Of a DNA stretch of 64,000 nt, positions 20,345-30,216 are shown in pieces; within the stretch, counting starts at the first letter, position 1; each line of letters begins with the position of its first letter. The stretch covers positions 248,001 to 312,000 of the IMG/VR virus record IMGVR_UViG_3300032242_003291. One strand, given 5' to 3'. The translations under genes were made by a program, and so were the position numbers. The notes below the pieces were generated by a model. It did not search any database. It had not been told where the DNA came from and saw nothing but the letters and a program-made list of their open reading frames with translations.

Positions 20345-21254
20345 GTCTTTCAAACCTTACATTAAGTTTTACATACATATCCCCACCATCAAAACCTTTT
20401 CCTCTTAGTCTTAGAGGTCTACCTGTGTCAAATATTTTTGGTGCGTCCATGTTCAGGTCACCATCTGGATGTGGAATTAAAAATTTATCTTTTTGTATTT
20501 CTTCTAAGTTCAATGTTAGTTTATAGATTAAATCGTTATTCATTTTTTCAAACCCATCTTTTTCTATAAGTTCAATCTGAACAACTAAGTCTCCATAGTC
20601 CCCATTCCTATAATCTCCAAGATTCTGTAATTTCAAGAACTGACCACTATCAACTCCAACAGGAATATTGATTCTGACTTCATTTGAATTTGGTTTACTT
20701 CCTCTACCATCACAATAATAACATTTGTGTATCAAAGTATAACCTCTACCACCGCAAGTCTGACAAGAAGTTCTTATCTGTTGAACCATAAATCCAGTAC
20801 CAAAGGTTTTAACTTGAGCTCCGCTACCACCACAAGTTGAACACAATTGCTGGTCACCACCTGACCCATTACATATATTACAATTAATATCCCTTACATA
20901 ATATAAAGTTTTTTCAACACCTTTATAAGATTCTATTGGTGTTATCTGAAGTTTAATTATTTTATCTGGTGCGGATTTTCTATGTCTTGGTTGTGCATGT
21001 GCCTGTTGGTGCATAGCATTGAATATGTCTTGGAATGGTGTTCCTGCATATGGATTGCTTTTGGATTGATTATATTGAGCTTTCTTGGTCTTATCACTTA
21101 ATATATCATAAGCTTCTGCAATCTCCTTAAATTTTTCAGCGCCTTCAGGATTAACATCGGGATGATATTTCTTAGATAGGTTCCTATAACTTTTTTTTAT
21201 GTCGTCATCGGACGCATTCTCTTCAACTTCTAAAATTTTGTAGTAATCTTTCAT
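20337..21254 (-). CDS. dnaJ: DnaJ chaperone
   Basis: MKDYY start, HPD J-domain, four CxxCxGxG repeats, GDLVV and LRLRGKG C-domain. Confidence 0.92.
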   Translation of the reverse strand: MKDYYKILEVEENASDDDIKKSYRNLSKKYHPDVNPEGAEKFKEIAEAYDILSDKTKKAQYNQSKSNPYAGTPFQDIFNAMHQQAHAQPRHRKSAPDKIIKLQITPIESYKGVEKTLYYVRDINCNICNGSGGDQQLCSTCGGSGAQVKTFGTGFMVQQIRTSCQTCGGRGYTLIHKCYYCDGRGSKPNSNEVRINIPVGVDSGQFLKLQNLGDYRNGDYGDLVVQIELIEKDGFEKMNNDLIYKLTLNLEEIQKDKFLIPHPDGDLNMDAPKIFDTGRPLRLRGKGFDGGDMYVKLNVRFERPI

Positions 21255-21256
21255 AT

Positions 21257-21895
21257 ATGGCAAACTACTTAGTAGTCTTATTCAAGGATAAAAAGAGAAA
21301 AAGAATAATAAAGAAGTTCATCACACATAAAAAGGCAAAACTTTTTTATGACGGGTTGATAAAAAATTCTAATGAGGTAATCTTCAATACCGAAGTTGAA
21401 AATGGCAAGCCGTGCAAATATGAACTTGGTATCGTTGAAATGAGTTCAAAACAACTTATCCCTGTTTATATGACAGACGAGTTTGGTCGTTCTATTAAAG
21501 TAAAGTTGGAAGAAGATGGTATGACTTTATTCCAAATTGCACCTTACAAAAAAGAAGAAACAATCTACGACGTTGAAAAGAAAAAGAAAATAACCATCCA
21601 ACAATTTATTTCAAAATATCTAAAAGGGACGGGTATGAAAATGGTGTCATCATTGAATAATAAAATCATTGTACAAGAAGACGAGAAGGTATCGTTGTTC
21701 ACAACAAAATCTGAATCTGAATCTCAACGATTTATTGATTGTATATCAAATTATTTCTTTAAAACCAAAAGAGGTGATTGTTTGTTTGTAAAAGATAACT
21801 CTATACCGCAAAAAAAATACCTTTATGAATTGTTAGAATCAAAAGGTATTTCTAAAAAAATATTATATCGAAAATTTACATCTCTTCCTCAGTAG
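21257..21895 (+). CDS. hypothetical protein
   Basis: 212 aa ORF, head-to-head with dnaJ. Confidence 0.7.
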   Translation: MANYLVVLFKDKKRKRIIKKFITHKKAKLFYDGLIKNSNEVIFNTEVENGKPCKYELGIVEMSSKQLIPVYMTDEFGRSIKVKLEEDGMTLFQIAPYKKEETIYDVEKKKKITIQQFISKYLKGTGMKMVSSLNNKIIVQEDEKVSLFTTKSESESQRFIDCISNYFFKTKRGDCLFVKDNSIPQKKYLYELLESKGISKKILYRKFTSLPQ

Positions 21896-22127
21896 ATTTT
21901 TTCTTTTTCTCAATTAAAACAAAATGAAACTCAGTTCCTGATATGTCAATTGAAAATTGCTTGTGGTCTCTATCAATTTCTCTAAAATGATTAATAACAC
22001 TAGTGTATTCTCCTTTAGGTAATTCAAAAAGTATAGTCGCTTTACCTGAAAAAATTGTTTGTACAGATTCTGCAATAAGGGCAAGTTTTTCTAACTCCCC
22101 AATATCAGTATTTTTATCTTTTTCCAT
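21876..22127 (-). CDS. hypothetical protein
   Basis: 83 aa ORF in operon. Confidence 0.6.
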   Translation of the reverse strand: MEKDKNTDIGELEKLALIAESVQTIFSGKATILFELPKGEYTSVINHFREIDRDHKQFSIDISGTEFHFVLIEKKKKSTEEEM

Positions 22128-22285
22128 AGACTTAGTTTTTTTGGTTTTGGAAACATTTGTTCCTTATTCAACTTCTTTACCTGTTGGGCGAGTTTGTCTC
22201 TTTGTTGCTGTAACTCTCTTTGGTCTTTCCTCTTCTCGCTCTCCAACCATTTCAAAAGTTTCTCGTTCTGACTCGTCTGGCTCAT
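22091..22285 (-). CDS. hypothetical protein overlapping both neighbours
   Basis: 64 aa helical, protein-like ORF. Confidence 0.5.
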   Translation of the reverse strand: MSQTSQNEKLLKWLESEKRKDQRELQQQRDKLAQQVKKLNKEQMFPKPKKLSLWKKIKILILGS

Positions 22286-22676
22286 GTATATCTAAATTTG
22301 TATCTTCTTCAGTTTCAAAATCAAAATATAAGTTCTGAAGTTTATCTAAATCAGTCTTTTCAAATGTTTGTTTTAATTGTTCAACTGTTTGTTTGAAAAG
22401 TTTCTCTTTTATCTCTTTTTCTTTATTTAATTTAATCAATTTCGCAATTGTGTATAAAGTTGCGTCAATTTTCTCGTCTGAAATTTCTGTTACAAAAGAT
22501 ATACCTTTTGTTTCGGTATTTTCAGTTTCAAATCCTACAACTTGATTTTCATCTATTAAACTTTTTGGCATTGACCATTTGGTTGGAAATTCCATGTCAA
22601 AACTTAAATAGTTCTTAAGCTTTCTTATTGAACGAATGTATTCAATAAATGGTGATAATTGTGTATAAAAACTCAT
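22164..22676 (-). CDS. hypothetical protein
   Basis: 170 aa ORF. Confidence 0.7.
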   Translation of the reverse strand: MSFYTQLSPFIEYIRSIRKLKNYLSFDMEFPTKWSMPKSLIDENQVVGFETENTETKGISFVTEISDEKIDATLYTIAKLIKLNKEKEIKEKLFKQTVEQLKQTFEKTDLDKLQNLYFDFETEEDTNLDIHEPDESERETFEMVGEREEERPKRVTATKRQTRPTGKEVE

Positions 22677-22861
22677 TTTGAAATTAAGTATGTGATTATG
22701 TAACTTATTGATAATGCTAGGAAAGTGAGTTCCCTGTTACTATAAAATAACGGTTTAGGGTCTTTTTGTAACAGGGCACCTACAAACTTTGTGACATTTT
22801 TCAACGACACTAATATTGTGAATACAAATATAAAAAGGTATATAGTATCAATATTATGCAT
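22673..22861 (-). CDS. small membrane protein
   Basis: two hydrophobic segments; likely start MHNID. Confidence 0.6.
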   Translation of the reverse strand: MHNIDTIYLFIFVFTILVSLKNVTKFVGALLQKDPKPLFYSNRELTFLALSISYIITYLISK

Positions 22862-23036
22862 TATCTTGTGTCTTGTTGTGTTCAAGGACTTCTCCTCTTA
22901 ATTGTTGAAGAAGTGCTTTTAACTCTTGAGCAGTTTTTCTAGCTCTTGTACCAGCACTCTTGTTACCTTTGAAGAACTTCGTAGTATCAACAGAAAGTAC
23001 CTCCGTCAATTCTTTAATTTTTTCTAATGTTTCCAT
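22854..23036 (-). CDS. histone H1-like Hc1 family protein
   Basis: KGNKSAGTRARK...ELK...LR motif. Confidence 0.75.
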   Translation of the reverse strand: METLEKIKELTEVLSVDTTKFFKGNKSAGTRARKTAQELKALLQQLRGEVLEHNKTQDNA

Positions 23037-23119
23037 TTTAAGAATATTAAGTTTTGTTTATTGTAATATCAAAAATATTAACTTTTTTTACCCTGGTGTA
23101 AATAGAAATGAGGTTTTTT

Positions 23120-23587
23120 TTATTCTATATTTTTTTCTAACAATTTATAAAGTTCAGTAAGAACATCTAAATCTGATTTGGTAAAAGGCTTATCAACATC
23201 AAAAACGTCGGACAAAAAGTTAGGAATTGCTTCTCTGATATTTTTTTCTGTTGGATTATAAAAAGTATCTAAGTAAAAATCTTTAAAGTAATCTTTATGT
23301 GTCCCTTCCAACTTAATTTCGATATTTTCTTTTTTGAAGGACTCTACGGTTTTTTTCCAACACCATTCAAAATGAGATTCTTTCTCATCTTCAGACATTG
23401 TTATTTTAGTTTCAGTATTGTCATCACCCATGTACGTGTCGGAAACCGTTTGATTAAGTGATTTGAATACGTCACCGTATAGCTCAATCTTCTCATAATT
23501 CATGTTATGAATATTGAACCAAATTACAATATCTTCTTGTGGTACTGGCTTGGACATCCAATTAAAAAAATTCTCCATAGAGTTCAT
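23120..23587 (-). CDS. hypothetical protein
   Basis: 155 aa ORF. Confidence 0.7.
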   Translation of the reverse strand: MNSMENFFNWMSKPVPQEDIVIWFNIHNMNYEKIELYGDVFKSLNQTVSDTYMGDDNTETKITMSEDEKESHFEWCWKKTVESFKKENIEIKLEGTHKDYFKDFYLDTFYNPTEKNIREAIPNFLSDVFDVDKPFTKSDLDVLTELYKLLEKNIE

Positions 23588-23597
23588 CTATGGAGAA
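23564..23597 (-). terminator. terminator-like hairpin overlapping a start codon
   Basis: TTCTCCATAGA-GTTCA-TCTATGGAGAA perfect 11-bp stem followed by a U-run on the minus strand. Confidence 0.6.
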
Positions 23598-23626
23598 TAT
23601 AAGTTATTGATTCTAAATGTGAATTT

Positions 23627-25309
23627 TTATTGAGTTTTTCTACTATAAGATATTAAATTTTTCATCTTATTCATTTCTTCATTAACAATATTTTGTTTTT
23701 TTTCATCTTTAGACTCAGACAATTTATTAAGAACTTTAGTCCCTTTACTTGATTTCAAATTTGCTGTTGCTTTGTCATCACCTGCATTATCAACTGGTGT
23801 TGGGTATCTCTGATAAGACGCTGACTTTTGTTCTTTTCCAAATTCATTGTTTTTGTAGTTCTTCATAAATCTTTCTCCAACTTTACTTGGAACTACATTT
23901 CCTAAAGCATTTCCTTCTTCATCCATCTCTGCGTTTCCCGTAGTTCTATGACCTTTCAAATACTTTTCGATATTCTTATCGTTAGGTTTGATTTCATCAT
24001 AAACAATGTTTGTTTGACCAGGATATGAAAAGTATTCAATATATTCTTCAACTGCATCTGAAGGCATATATTTTTTTACCTTGGGATTTTTCTCTAAATT
24101 GTAATTACTTTCAGGAAAATTATCGGGACTTTCACTATATTCACCTTTACTACCAGCTTTAACGTAATCTTTCATTTTTTTAACAACTTCTTTAGCATAG
24201 TCGTCGTTTTCTTTTTTAGATGCGTCTTGAGCCTTAACAGTTTTTTTCAAACCTTCAGGTGATTTTTTTGCTATGTTATCTTTCTCAGCCTTATCTTTAA
24301 CTTTTTGTTCAACAACTAATTTTTCAATTAAGTCAATTAATTCGTTTTCAGTTAATTTAAGACTATTAGTATTTTCTTTAATTCCTTTAAGTGTTAAAGC
24401 AAGATTAACTTGTTTTAATAATTTAGCGTCAGCTGCAGATAACTTTTTATCACCTTCACCTTTCTTCATCAATTCTTTTTTCAAAGATTTTAATTTAGCT
24501 TGTGGGATTTTGTCTCCTTCAGCAACACCTAATTTCTTGTGTAGCGCTCCTTTTTTCATTCCTGTTTTTTGAATCCACTTTTCTTTACCTTCTTTAACAG
24601 GATATTTGTGACCATCAACTTCAAAACTATCTTCATGATTTTTTTTAGCATTAGCTAAAGCACCTGAGAAAGCATTACCTTCTTCAGTTTCTGCCTCGTC
24701 CATATCTCTTGCAGTTCTAACTCTAAATGGTTTACCTCCAAACTTATCTTTATATCTATTAAAAAACTTATCTCCGTGTTCTTTATCAAACCAAATTTGA
24801 TTACTTCCATGTTTGTCCATCAATGATGGAAAATCATGAAATTCTTCTTCATCATAATCTTCCAAATCATCTGCATTTGCAGGTCTATCATGTTCGTCGA
24901 ACCAACCATGTTCGTCATCAAATGAACCCATCATTTTTGGTTTCTTCAATCCTTTTCCAACATAAGTTGGTTCATTTTGAGATAATTCTTCTGCTTCGTC
25001 TTCAGCATCCTCATCTCCATCATAATCACCTGGTGTTGATGATTCTTCTCCGTCTTTATCAAAATAGAACCATTCGTCCATTTCTTCACTTTCTTTCGTT
25101 TCTTTCTTTTTACTTCTAAGTTTTTTGAAATCAGCAGCATCAAGTTCACCTTTCGGCTCTGCAACATCTAATTTCTTTTGGTTACCTTTAAGAGACTCTT
25201 TAGTCTCAACTTCAGTCCAATCTTCAGTTAGTTGTTTTACTTTACTCTCGATTTCCTCATTCAAAATTTTGGAAACCAATTTATCAATATTTGTGTTAGT
25301 TTTATTCAT
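23627..25309 (-). CDS. charged head/core (scaffold-like) protein
   Basis: KILNEE, LTENELIDLIEKLVVEQ and IVNEE motifs; highly charged; TATTTAT at 25325-25331. Confidence 0.6.
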   Translation of the reverse strand: MNKTNTNIDKLVSKILNEEIESKVKQLTEDWTEVETKESLKGNQKKLDVAEPKGELDAADFKKLRSKKKETKESEEMDEWFYFDKDGEESSTPGDYDGDEDAEDEAEELSQNEPTYVGKGLKKPKMMGSFDDEHGWFDEHDRPANADDLEDYDEEEFHDFPSLMDKHGSNQIWFDKEHGDKFFNRYKDKFGGKPFRVRTARDMDEAETEEGNAFSGALANAKKNHEDSFEVDGHKYPVKEGKEKWIQKTGMKKGALHKKLGVAEGDKIPQAKLKSLKKELMKKGEGDKKLSAADAKLLKQVNLALTLKGIKENTNSLKLTENELIDLIEKLVVEQKVKDKAEKDNIAKKSPEGLKKTVKAQDASKKENDDYAKEVVKKMKDYVKAGSKGEYSESPDNFPESNYNLEKNPKVKKYMPSDAVEEYIEYFSYPGQTNIVYDEIKPNDKNIEKYLKGHRTTGNAEMDEEGNALGNVVPSKVGERFMKNYKNNEFGKEQKSASYQRYPTPVDNAGDDKATANLKSSKGTKVLNKLSESKDEKKQNIVNEEMNKMKNLISYSRKTQ

Positions 25310-25334
25310 CACGTGATTTTTTATATAAATATCT

Positions 25335-26264
25335 TTATTTAGTTCTTTTGTTTAATTTTTCATATTCGTATTCCAAAATTGTTGTAATCACATTCTCACT
25401 TAGATTCAATTGTTTTGCAACGTTTTTGATTGCTTCTTTAACTGATTCGTTTTTTGATATGTTGAGTGCATTTATGTCACCTTGATTACAGTAAGGAAAT
25501 TTGGTACACTTCTTTTTTACAGATACAAATTTTCCGCCAGGTACTTGTGTCTTTCTACTTGGTCCCCAATCTTTTTTCTTTGTAGATTTAGCCCACATAG
25601 CAGGACTTGAGTATCCACCAACTGAACCTGAGCCTGTAGCTTCTGTAGCTTCAACTTTTTCAGTCTCTTCTTTAAGTTTTTTAACATTCATTTTTGGTTT
25701 TGTTAAACCATCAATATGTATTTCTTGAGCACCATGGTCATTTTTATATCCAGCTTTGATACCACCGTCTTTTTTAGATAAGTAATCAATTTTGATATTT
25801 TCTTTTGTATCTAACGTTTTAGCTTCATCTCCCACTCTAAATGACTCTCCATCATTATTAGTTGCTTTTTTAACTTTAGGAGATTCTTTGAATGGTTTTC
25901 TTCCTTCTTTAAGTTTGTTTGCTGGGTATGATTCCGCTCTACTTTTTTCCCAAAATTCATTATCTCCATCTCCACCAAAAACAGGTGCTGAGAATGCCCC
26001 AGCCGAACCTGACCCTGTAGCTTCTTTAGTTTCAGATTTACTTTTCTTTTTCTTTCCCTGACAATGAGCTCTCTGACTGAACCCTTTTGGATGTGAACAA
26101 TCTATAGACCTTTTATATTTTTCAGTCCATTTTTCAGTAACATCTTCTTCTTTCATACCTTGTTTAGCATTCATCATATCTAACATAGTATCACCATTGA
26201 GTGTTACTTGTGAGAAAGCCTTATCTAATCCTTTCTTAAACATTTCTCCTGATGTGTTGTCCAT
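25335..26264 (-). CDS. charged late protein with repeated EATGSGS modules
   Basis: EATGSGSAGAFSAP / EATGSGSVGGYSSP; Cys-containing mini-modules. Confidence 0.65.
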   Translation of the reverse strand: MDNTSGEMFKKGLDKAFSQVTLNGDTMLDMMNAKQGMKEEDVTEKWTEKYKRSIDCSHPKGFSQRAHCQGKKKKSKSETKEATGSGSAGAFSAPVFGGDGDNEFWEKSRAESYPANKLKEGRKPFKESPKVKKATNNDGESFRVGDEAKTLDTKENIKIDYLSKKDGGIKAGYKNDHGAQEIHIDGLTKPKMNVKKLKEETEKVEATEATGSGSVGGYSSPAMWAKSTKKKDWGPSRKTQVPGGKFVSVKKKCTKFPYCNQGDINALNISKNESVKEAIKNVAKQLNLSENVITTILEYEYEKLNKRTK

Positions 26265-26266
26265 TA

Positions 26267-26512
26267 TTAAGCGTTTTTAAGTCTTGGTTCCCAATAGCTT
26301 CTATTCATCCACATAAATTGATAGAACTCACGGAACATTCTTAGTGTGATATCTTTAACGTCACCTTCGAGTTTTCCTTTTTTGATTTCCTTCTTCAATT
26401 TGTCAATGAACTTATCTTCGTATTGTCTTAGCGTACTTGCTTCCATAAAGCTTTTTATTTCTTTACGAATCAATACTTCGATTTCATTCTTTTCTGCGCT
26501 TGAAAGTGCCAT
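26267..26512 (-). CDS. hypothetical protein
   Basis: 81 aa ORF. Confidence 0.7.
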   Translation of the reverse strand: MALSSAEKNEIEVLIRKEIKSFMEASTLRQYEDKFIDKLKKEIKKGKLEGDVKDITLRMFREFYQFMWMNRSYWEPRLKNA

Positions 26513-26922
26513 TATTTAGTAATTAAGAAAAAGGTTAATACTGCAACCATACCAGTACCTAAAATTGATTTGAATTTACTTTTTACTTTTTCTTTCTTGA
26601 GGTCCCACTCTAATCTTTTTGAATAATTTTCCATTAAATCATACTTTTGATTTTGAGCATCAATTATTTTAACGTAGTTAGCTTCTTTGACTTGCATAGT
26701 ATTAATAACACTATCTTTTAAGTTAACTTTAGTTTCAAGACCTGAGATATGTTGATTAGCTAAAGTTAATTCAGCTTTTGCAGAATCTCCTGACAATAAG
26801 TCTTTAGCGATTAATTTGAATACACTAATAGGTAAACACTTAGTTTTAATAGTGGTATCTTGCTGAGAAAAAGCTGTCAAGCTGAGGCTCAGTATAGTTA
26901 CCAGCGCGATTAATTTCTTCAT
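26512..26922 (-). CDS. secreted coiled-coil protein with C-terminal anchor (spanin-like)
   Basis: signal peptide MKKLIALVTILSLSLTAFSQ, coiled coil, C-terminal hydrophobic tail; overlaps upstream gene by 77 bp. Confidence 0.5.
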   Translation of the reverse strand: MKKLIALVTILSLSLTAFSQQDTTIKTKCLPISVFKLIAKDLLSGDSAKAELTLANQHISGLETKVNLKDSVINTMQVKEANYVKIIDAQNQKYDLMENYSKRLEWDLKKEKVKSKFKSILGTGMVAVLTFFLITK

Positions 26923-27211
26923 GGTAGATTTCTTTTACGATTGTTTTTTGTCCCTTGATGTTATTGATATCATTATCAACCGCATCAATTTTTTTATTGT
27001 AACCTTCTATGTTACTATCCAACTTTTGTTGGTCTTTGTAAATGTCTTTAATTACTTGATTCAATGAATCAATTTTAGCCTTTTCATCTGCAGGCATTCC
27101 TACTTTTGGTGTAAGTACAAAAACAACCCAATACAATAGGAATAATCCTACTAATACTTTAGCAATTGTTTTGTAATTACCTTTCAAAAAATTTAAAATT
27201 AACTGTACCAT
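26846..27211 (-). CDS. N-terminally anchored coiled-coil protein (i-spanin-like)
   Basis: TM segment followed by coiled coil. Confidence 0.5.
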   Translation of the reverse strand: MVQLILNFLKGNYKTIAKVLVGLFLLYWVVFVLTPKVGMPADEKAKIDSLNQVIKDIYKDQQKLDSNIEGYNKKIDAVDNDINNIKGQKTIVKEIYHEEINRAGNYTEPQLDSFFSARYHY

Positions 27212-27780
27212 TATTGTGGTGATTCTTTTGTTTTCTTTCTACTTGCAAGAACTTTACCCCATTTGGATTTGAACTTTTGGTAGAACTGTTGTAGTTTATT
27301 CATCGTGTTCATAAAGTCTTGGTCAACTTTAAGCATTTGACCATTAATATATACTCCACTATTTTCACCAATTGTGAAAATAAAATCGATGTCTTCATCA
27401 ATTAGTTTACCAGACCATTCAACATTATTAGGATAAACATTCAATGTTTCAAAGTCTGATAAATCAGAAACTTCATTAACAAACTCATCCATAGTCTCTT
27501 GGAATGCAACTTTCTCATCTGTAGTAATATCTAAATCACTTCTACTTTTACCGTGAAGTGCTAATATACCACCTGAAATTCTGTACTTTTGAACCTTGTC
27601 TGATGGAGATGGTGTTTCATCATCTTCAATATCATCTTCGGCTGTTTCATAATCATTATCTTGGTCAATCTTATCTTCTACATCTTGACCAACATTAATT
27701 TGTTCTTGTTCAAACAAGAATCTTGATTTCTTAAGGAGAGATTTAATCTCATCGTATCTTTCGTTATGCGTATTGCTCAT
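27211..27780 (-). CDS. hypothetical late protein
   Basis: likely start MSNTH; FLFEQ motif near N-terminus. Confidence 0.7.
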   Translation of the reverse strand: MSNTHNERYDEIKSLLKKSRFLFEQEQINVGQDVEDKIDQDNDYETAEDDIEDDETPSPSDKVQKYRISGGILALHGKSRSDLDITTDEKVAFQETMDEFVNEVSDLSDFETLNVYPNNVEWSGKLIDEDIDFIFTIGENSGVYINGQMLKVDQDFMNTMNKLQQFYQKFKSKWGKVLASRKKTKESPQ

Positions 27781-28369
27781 TTTCAATGTATTTTGTAAAA
27801 GATGCAAAGTCAAAAGATGGATTTAGGTCTGTGTATTTTGAATCCAAATTACTTTTTGAGAATATACCTTCAAAGTTTTGAATTCCTTCTACTTTTGTAT
27901 TATGACCAATACATCTTTTTTCTATATGAAGTGATTCAGTTAATTGTGAACATAGACCAGCTGCCGCTTGTAATTGGCTTGTGGTATAAGGTTCCCAAAA
28001 AAAGAAGTCTCTCCATTTTTTTTCGTACACCTGTTGATTATAAATACTCCCTTTCCAATTAATGTAATCATTGCTCAATGGTTTCTTTTCTAACCAACCT
28101 AAATTCTCCAAACAAATTATGATGGAGCTCTTATTTAATGTTTCTTCTGTTAGGAAATTGGCGAATGTATCATCAGGTAATAATTGTAATATCTTACCTT
28201 CCTTGGTTATAACATAATGAGGTATCTTGTCATACTTACCGTAGTATCTAAATTTAAGGGAGGTTAAGTATTCCTCAACCTCCCTTGATGTATGACATAA
28301 GACAATCTTAGTCTTCTTTTTATGTTTCCCTATAAACTTGAAATTTCCGTATTTTTCAATGTTAAGCAT
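27764..28369 (-). CDS. N-acetylmuramoyl-L-alanine amidase (Amidase_2-like endolysin)
   Basis: IVLCHT, HYVITKEGKILQL, SIIICLEN, IGHN, DLNPSFDF. Confidence 0.75.
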   Translation of the reverse strand: MLNIEKYGNFKFIGKHKKKTKIVLCHTSREVEEYLTSLKFRYYGKYDKIPHYVITKEGKILQLLPDDTFANFLTEETLNKSSIIICLENLGWLEKKPLSNDYINWKGSIYNQQVYEKKWRDFFFWEPYTTSQLQAAAGLCSQLTESLHIEKRCIGHNTKVEGIQNFEGIFSKSNLDSKYTDLNPSFDFASFTKYIENEQYA

Positions 28370-29066
28370 CTCTTCTTAAATAACTTAATACTTTTTTAAT
28401 AGGACCAGGTTTTTCTTCCTCTATGGGTTCTTCAACAACTGATTCTTCAACAATTGGTTCAGGTATTGTTTCTTCAACTAATACTCCAAACTTGTCTTCG
28501 TTTATTTTACTTAACACAACTTCAAGTTTTTCCAAATCTTCTTTTGTTGCAGTCAATTTTGGTTCTTCAATTTCAGGTAATGGTTCTGTTGGTACCTTCT
28601 TTTTCTCCTCTTCTTCAAACTTAACTAACATGTGTAAAAACGAAAGAGAAATAATTGGTAACATTCCTCCTGCAAAGAATGCCAAAAATCTTTTATGTCC
28701 TACCAAATCTCCATTCTCAATCCCTAAGTATTGAACTAAAGGACTAACTAAGTCAACCCAGTCTTTGAATGATTGACTTGCAATGTCGATGAATTGATAA
28801 GCAAAAAAGACGTTACCGATAAATTGAATAAGGGTAACGATTGCAAATGGGAAATATACTTTTCTTCCCATTCTAGCAGCAATTGCTGCCAAGGTTGATA
28901 ATGCCGCAATCTCAACAGCAACAGATAGATAGATGGACCAACTTGTTGGGTTGGAGATACCATACCATTTCGTTACGTGGGAGATTGATACAAGAGCAAC
29001 CAATAAGATTGGAATAAGGAAAGCAATGTAAATTACTTTCTTCAGATTCTTTTCAATCCAATTCAT
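28362..29066 (-). CDS. multi-pass membrane protein (holin candidate)
   Basis: about four TM helices and an acidic C-terminal tail, adjacent to the amidase. Confidence 0.55.
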   Translation of the reverse strand: MNWIEKNLKKVIYIAFLIPILLVALVSISHVTKWYGISNPTSWSIYLSVAVEIAALSTLAAIAARMGRKVYFPFAIVTLIQFIGNVFFAYQFIDIASQSFKDWVDLVSPLVQYLGIENGDLVGHKRFLAFFAGGMLPIISLSFLHMLVKFEEEEKKKVPTEPLPEIEEPKLTATKEDLEKLEVVLSKINEDKFGVLVEETIPEPIVEESVVEEPIEEEKPGPIKKVLSYLRRDA

Positions 29067-29347
29067 TATTTGTTATTTAATTTTTTTATCTCTTCTTCAA
29101 TTTCAGACTGTCTTCTCACATCAAGAAGTTTTCTGTCAGTTGCTTGAATCATTCTTTTTTCTGCTTCAAGACCTGAAATTTTAAGTTCTTTGTTTAACTC
29201 ACCTTTAGTATAAGTTGAGTCTTTGATAGCTTGAATCTCATTTTTGATTTTAGCTAAATCTCTTCCGTCTCCACAGCTTTTGAATAATCCAAGTAATGCG
29301 ATTACCAAGACAATCGTTGTGAAGTTGTTTTGAATAAATTTTTTCAT
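29066..29347 (-). CDS. putative lipoprotein / membrane-anchored coiled-coil protein
   Basis: hydrophobic N-terminus ending LFKSC. Confidence 0.55.
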   Translation of the reverse strand: MKKFIQNNFTTIVLVIALLGLFKSCGDGRDLAKIKNEIQAIKDSTYTKGELNKELKISGLEAEKRMIQATDRKLLDVRRQSEIEEEIKKLNNK

Positions 29348-29377
29348 AGTTTTTTTATTTAATACCTTTTAGAAATA

Positions 29378-29407
29378 TAAAAGGTGTACTTAATAAATAC
29401 ACCTTTT
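29378..29407 (-). terminator. terminator hairpin containing a TATTTAT motif
   Basis: AAAAGGTGTA...TACACCTTTT downstream of the sigma gene; ATAAATA at 29393-29399. Confidence 0.6.
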
Positions 29408-29415
29408 TAATCATT

Positions 29416-30213
29416 TTACATATAATCAAACAAGGAACCCGTCTCATTTCTTAATTTTCTAAGTGCTTTTTCTTTGATTTGACGGACCCTTTCCTTTGTT
29501 AAGTCAAAGTCACTACCAATATCTTCTAAGGTTCTTGTGGACCCTGAAAGACCAAAATAGTCCTCAATAATAATCTTCTCTCTCTCATCCAATACATCCA
29601 ACATGGATAATAACTTTTCTTTCAAAGTTTGTTCCGTAGATAGACCAGCATCAGGAGCATCTGAGTTTGGGTTATTAATAACGTCAATTAAGGTATCTCC
29701 TTCCTCATTCAAAGGACTTTCCAAATTAACTATCTTTGGTAAACTAGTGAATTTATCTGGTAAATTGTCTCCAGTGATTTCTTGTTCTTTTTTTGCCTTA
29801 TGCAATTCTTGAACCACATTCACTGGTAGACGAATGGTTCTTGCGTTCTCATTAAGAGATTGAAGGATGGATTGTCGAACCCACCAAACCGCATAAGATA
29901 TGAATCTTAATTTTTTTGTCCAATCGAAGTTTTCGATTGCTTTCAATAATCCGTAGTTACCTTCAGCAATCAAGTCAGGTAAATCTAACCCTTGGTTTTG
30001 ATATTGCTTACTTACGGTAATAACGAATCTGAGGTTACCCTCCACCAATTCTTTTTGGATTTCTTGTTTCTCTTGTAATGTTATATTACCTGACATCATC
30101 TTCTGAGCCAGTTCTCTTTCCCTTTCAGGAGTCATTACTTTAATCTTTCTAATGTCTTTAAGGTAGGAATTAATTTCCTCTTGATTGATAGGTATTACTG
30201 CTTTTTCTTTCAT
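29416..30213 (-). CDS. RNA polymerase sigma-70 factor, RpoD/SigA-like (Bacteroidota type, no region 1.1)
   Basis: NLRFVITVSKQYQNQGLDLPDLIAEGN, FISYAVWWVRQSI, IRLP, TLEDIG..LTKERVRQIKEKALRKLR. Confidence 0.92.
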   Translation of the reverse strand: MKEKAVIPINQEEINSYLKDIRKIKVMTPERERELAQKMMSGNITLQEKQEIQKELVEGNLRFVITVSKQYQNQGLDLPDLIAEGNYGLLKAIENFDWTKKLRFISYAVWWVRQSILQSLNENARTIRLPVNVVQELHKAKKEQEITGDNLPDKFTSLPKIVNLESPLNEEGDTLIDVINNPNSDAPDAGLSTEQTLKEKLLSMLDVLDEREKIIIEDYFGLSGSTRTLEDIGSDFDLTKERVRQIKEKALRKLRNETGSLFDYM

Positions 30214-30216
30214 TAT

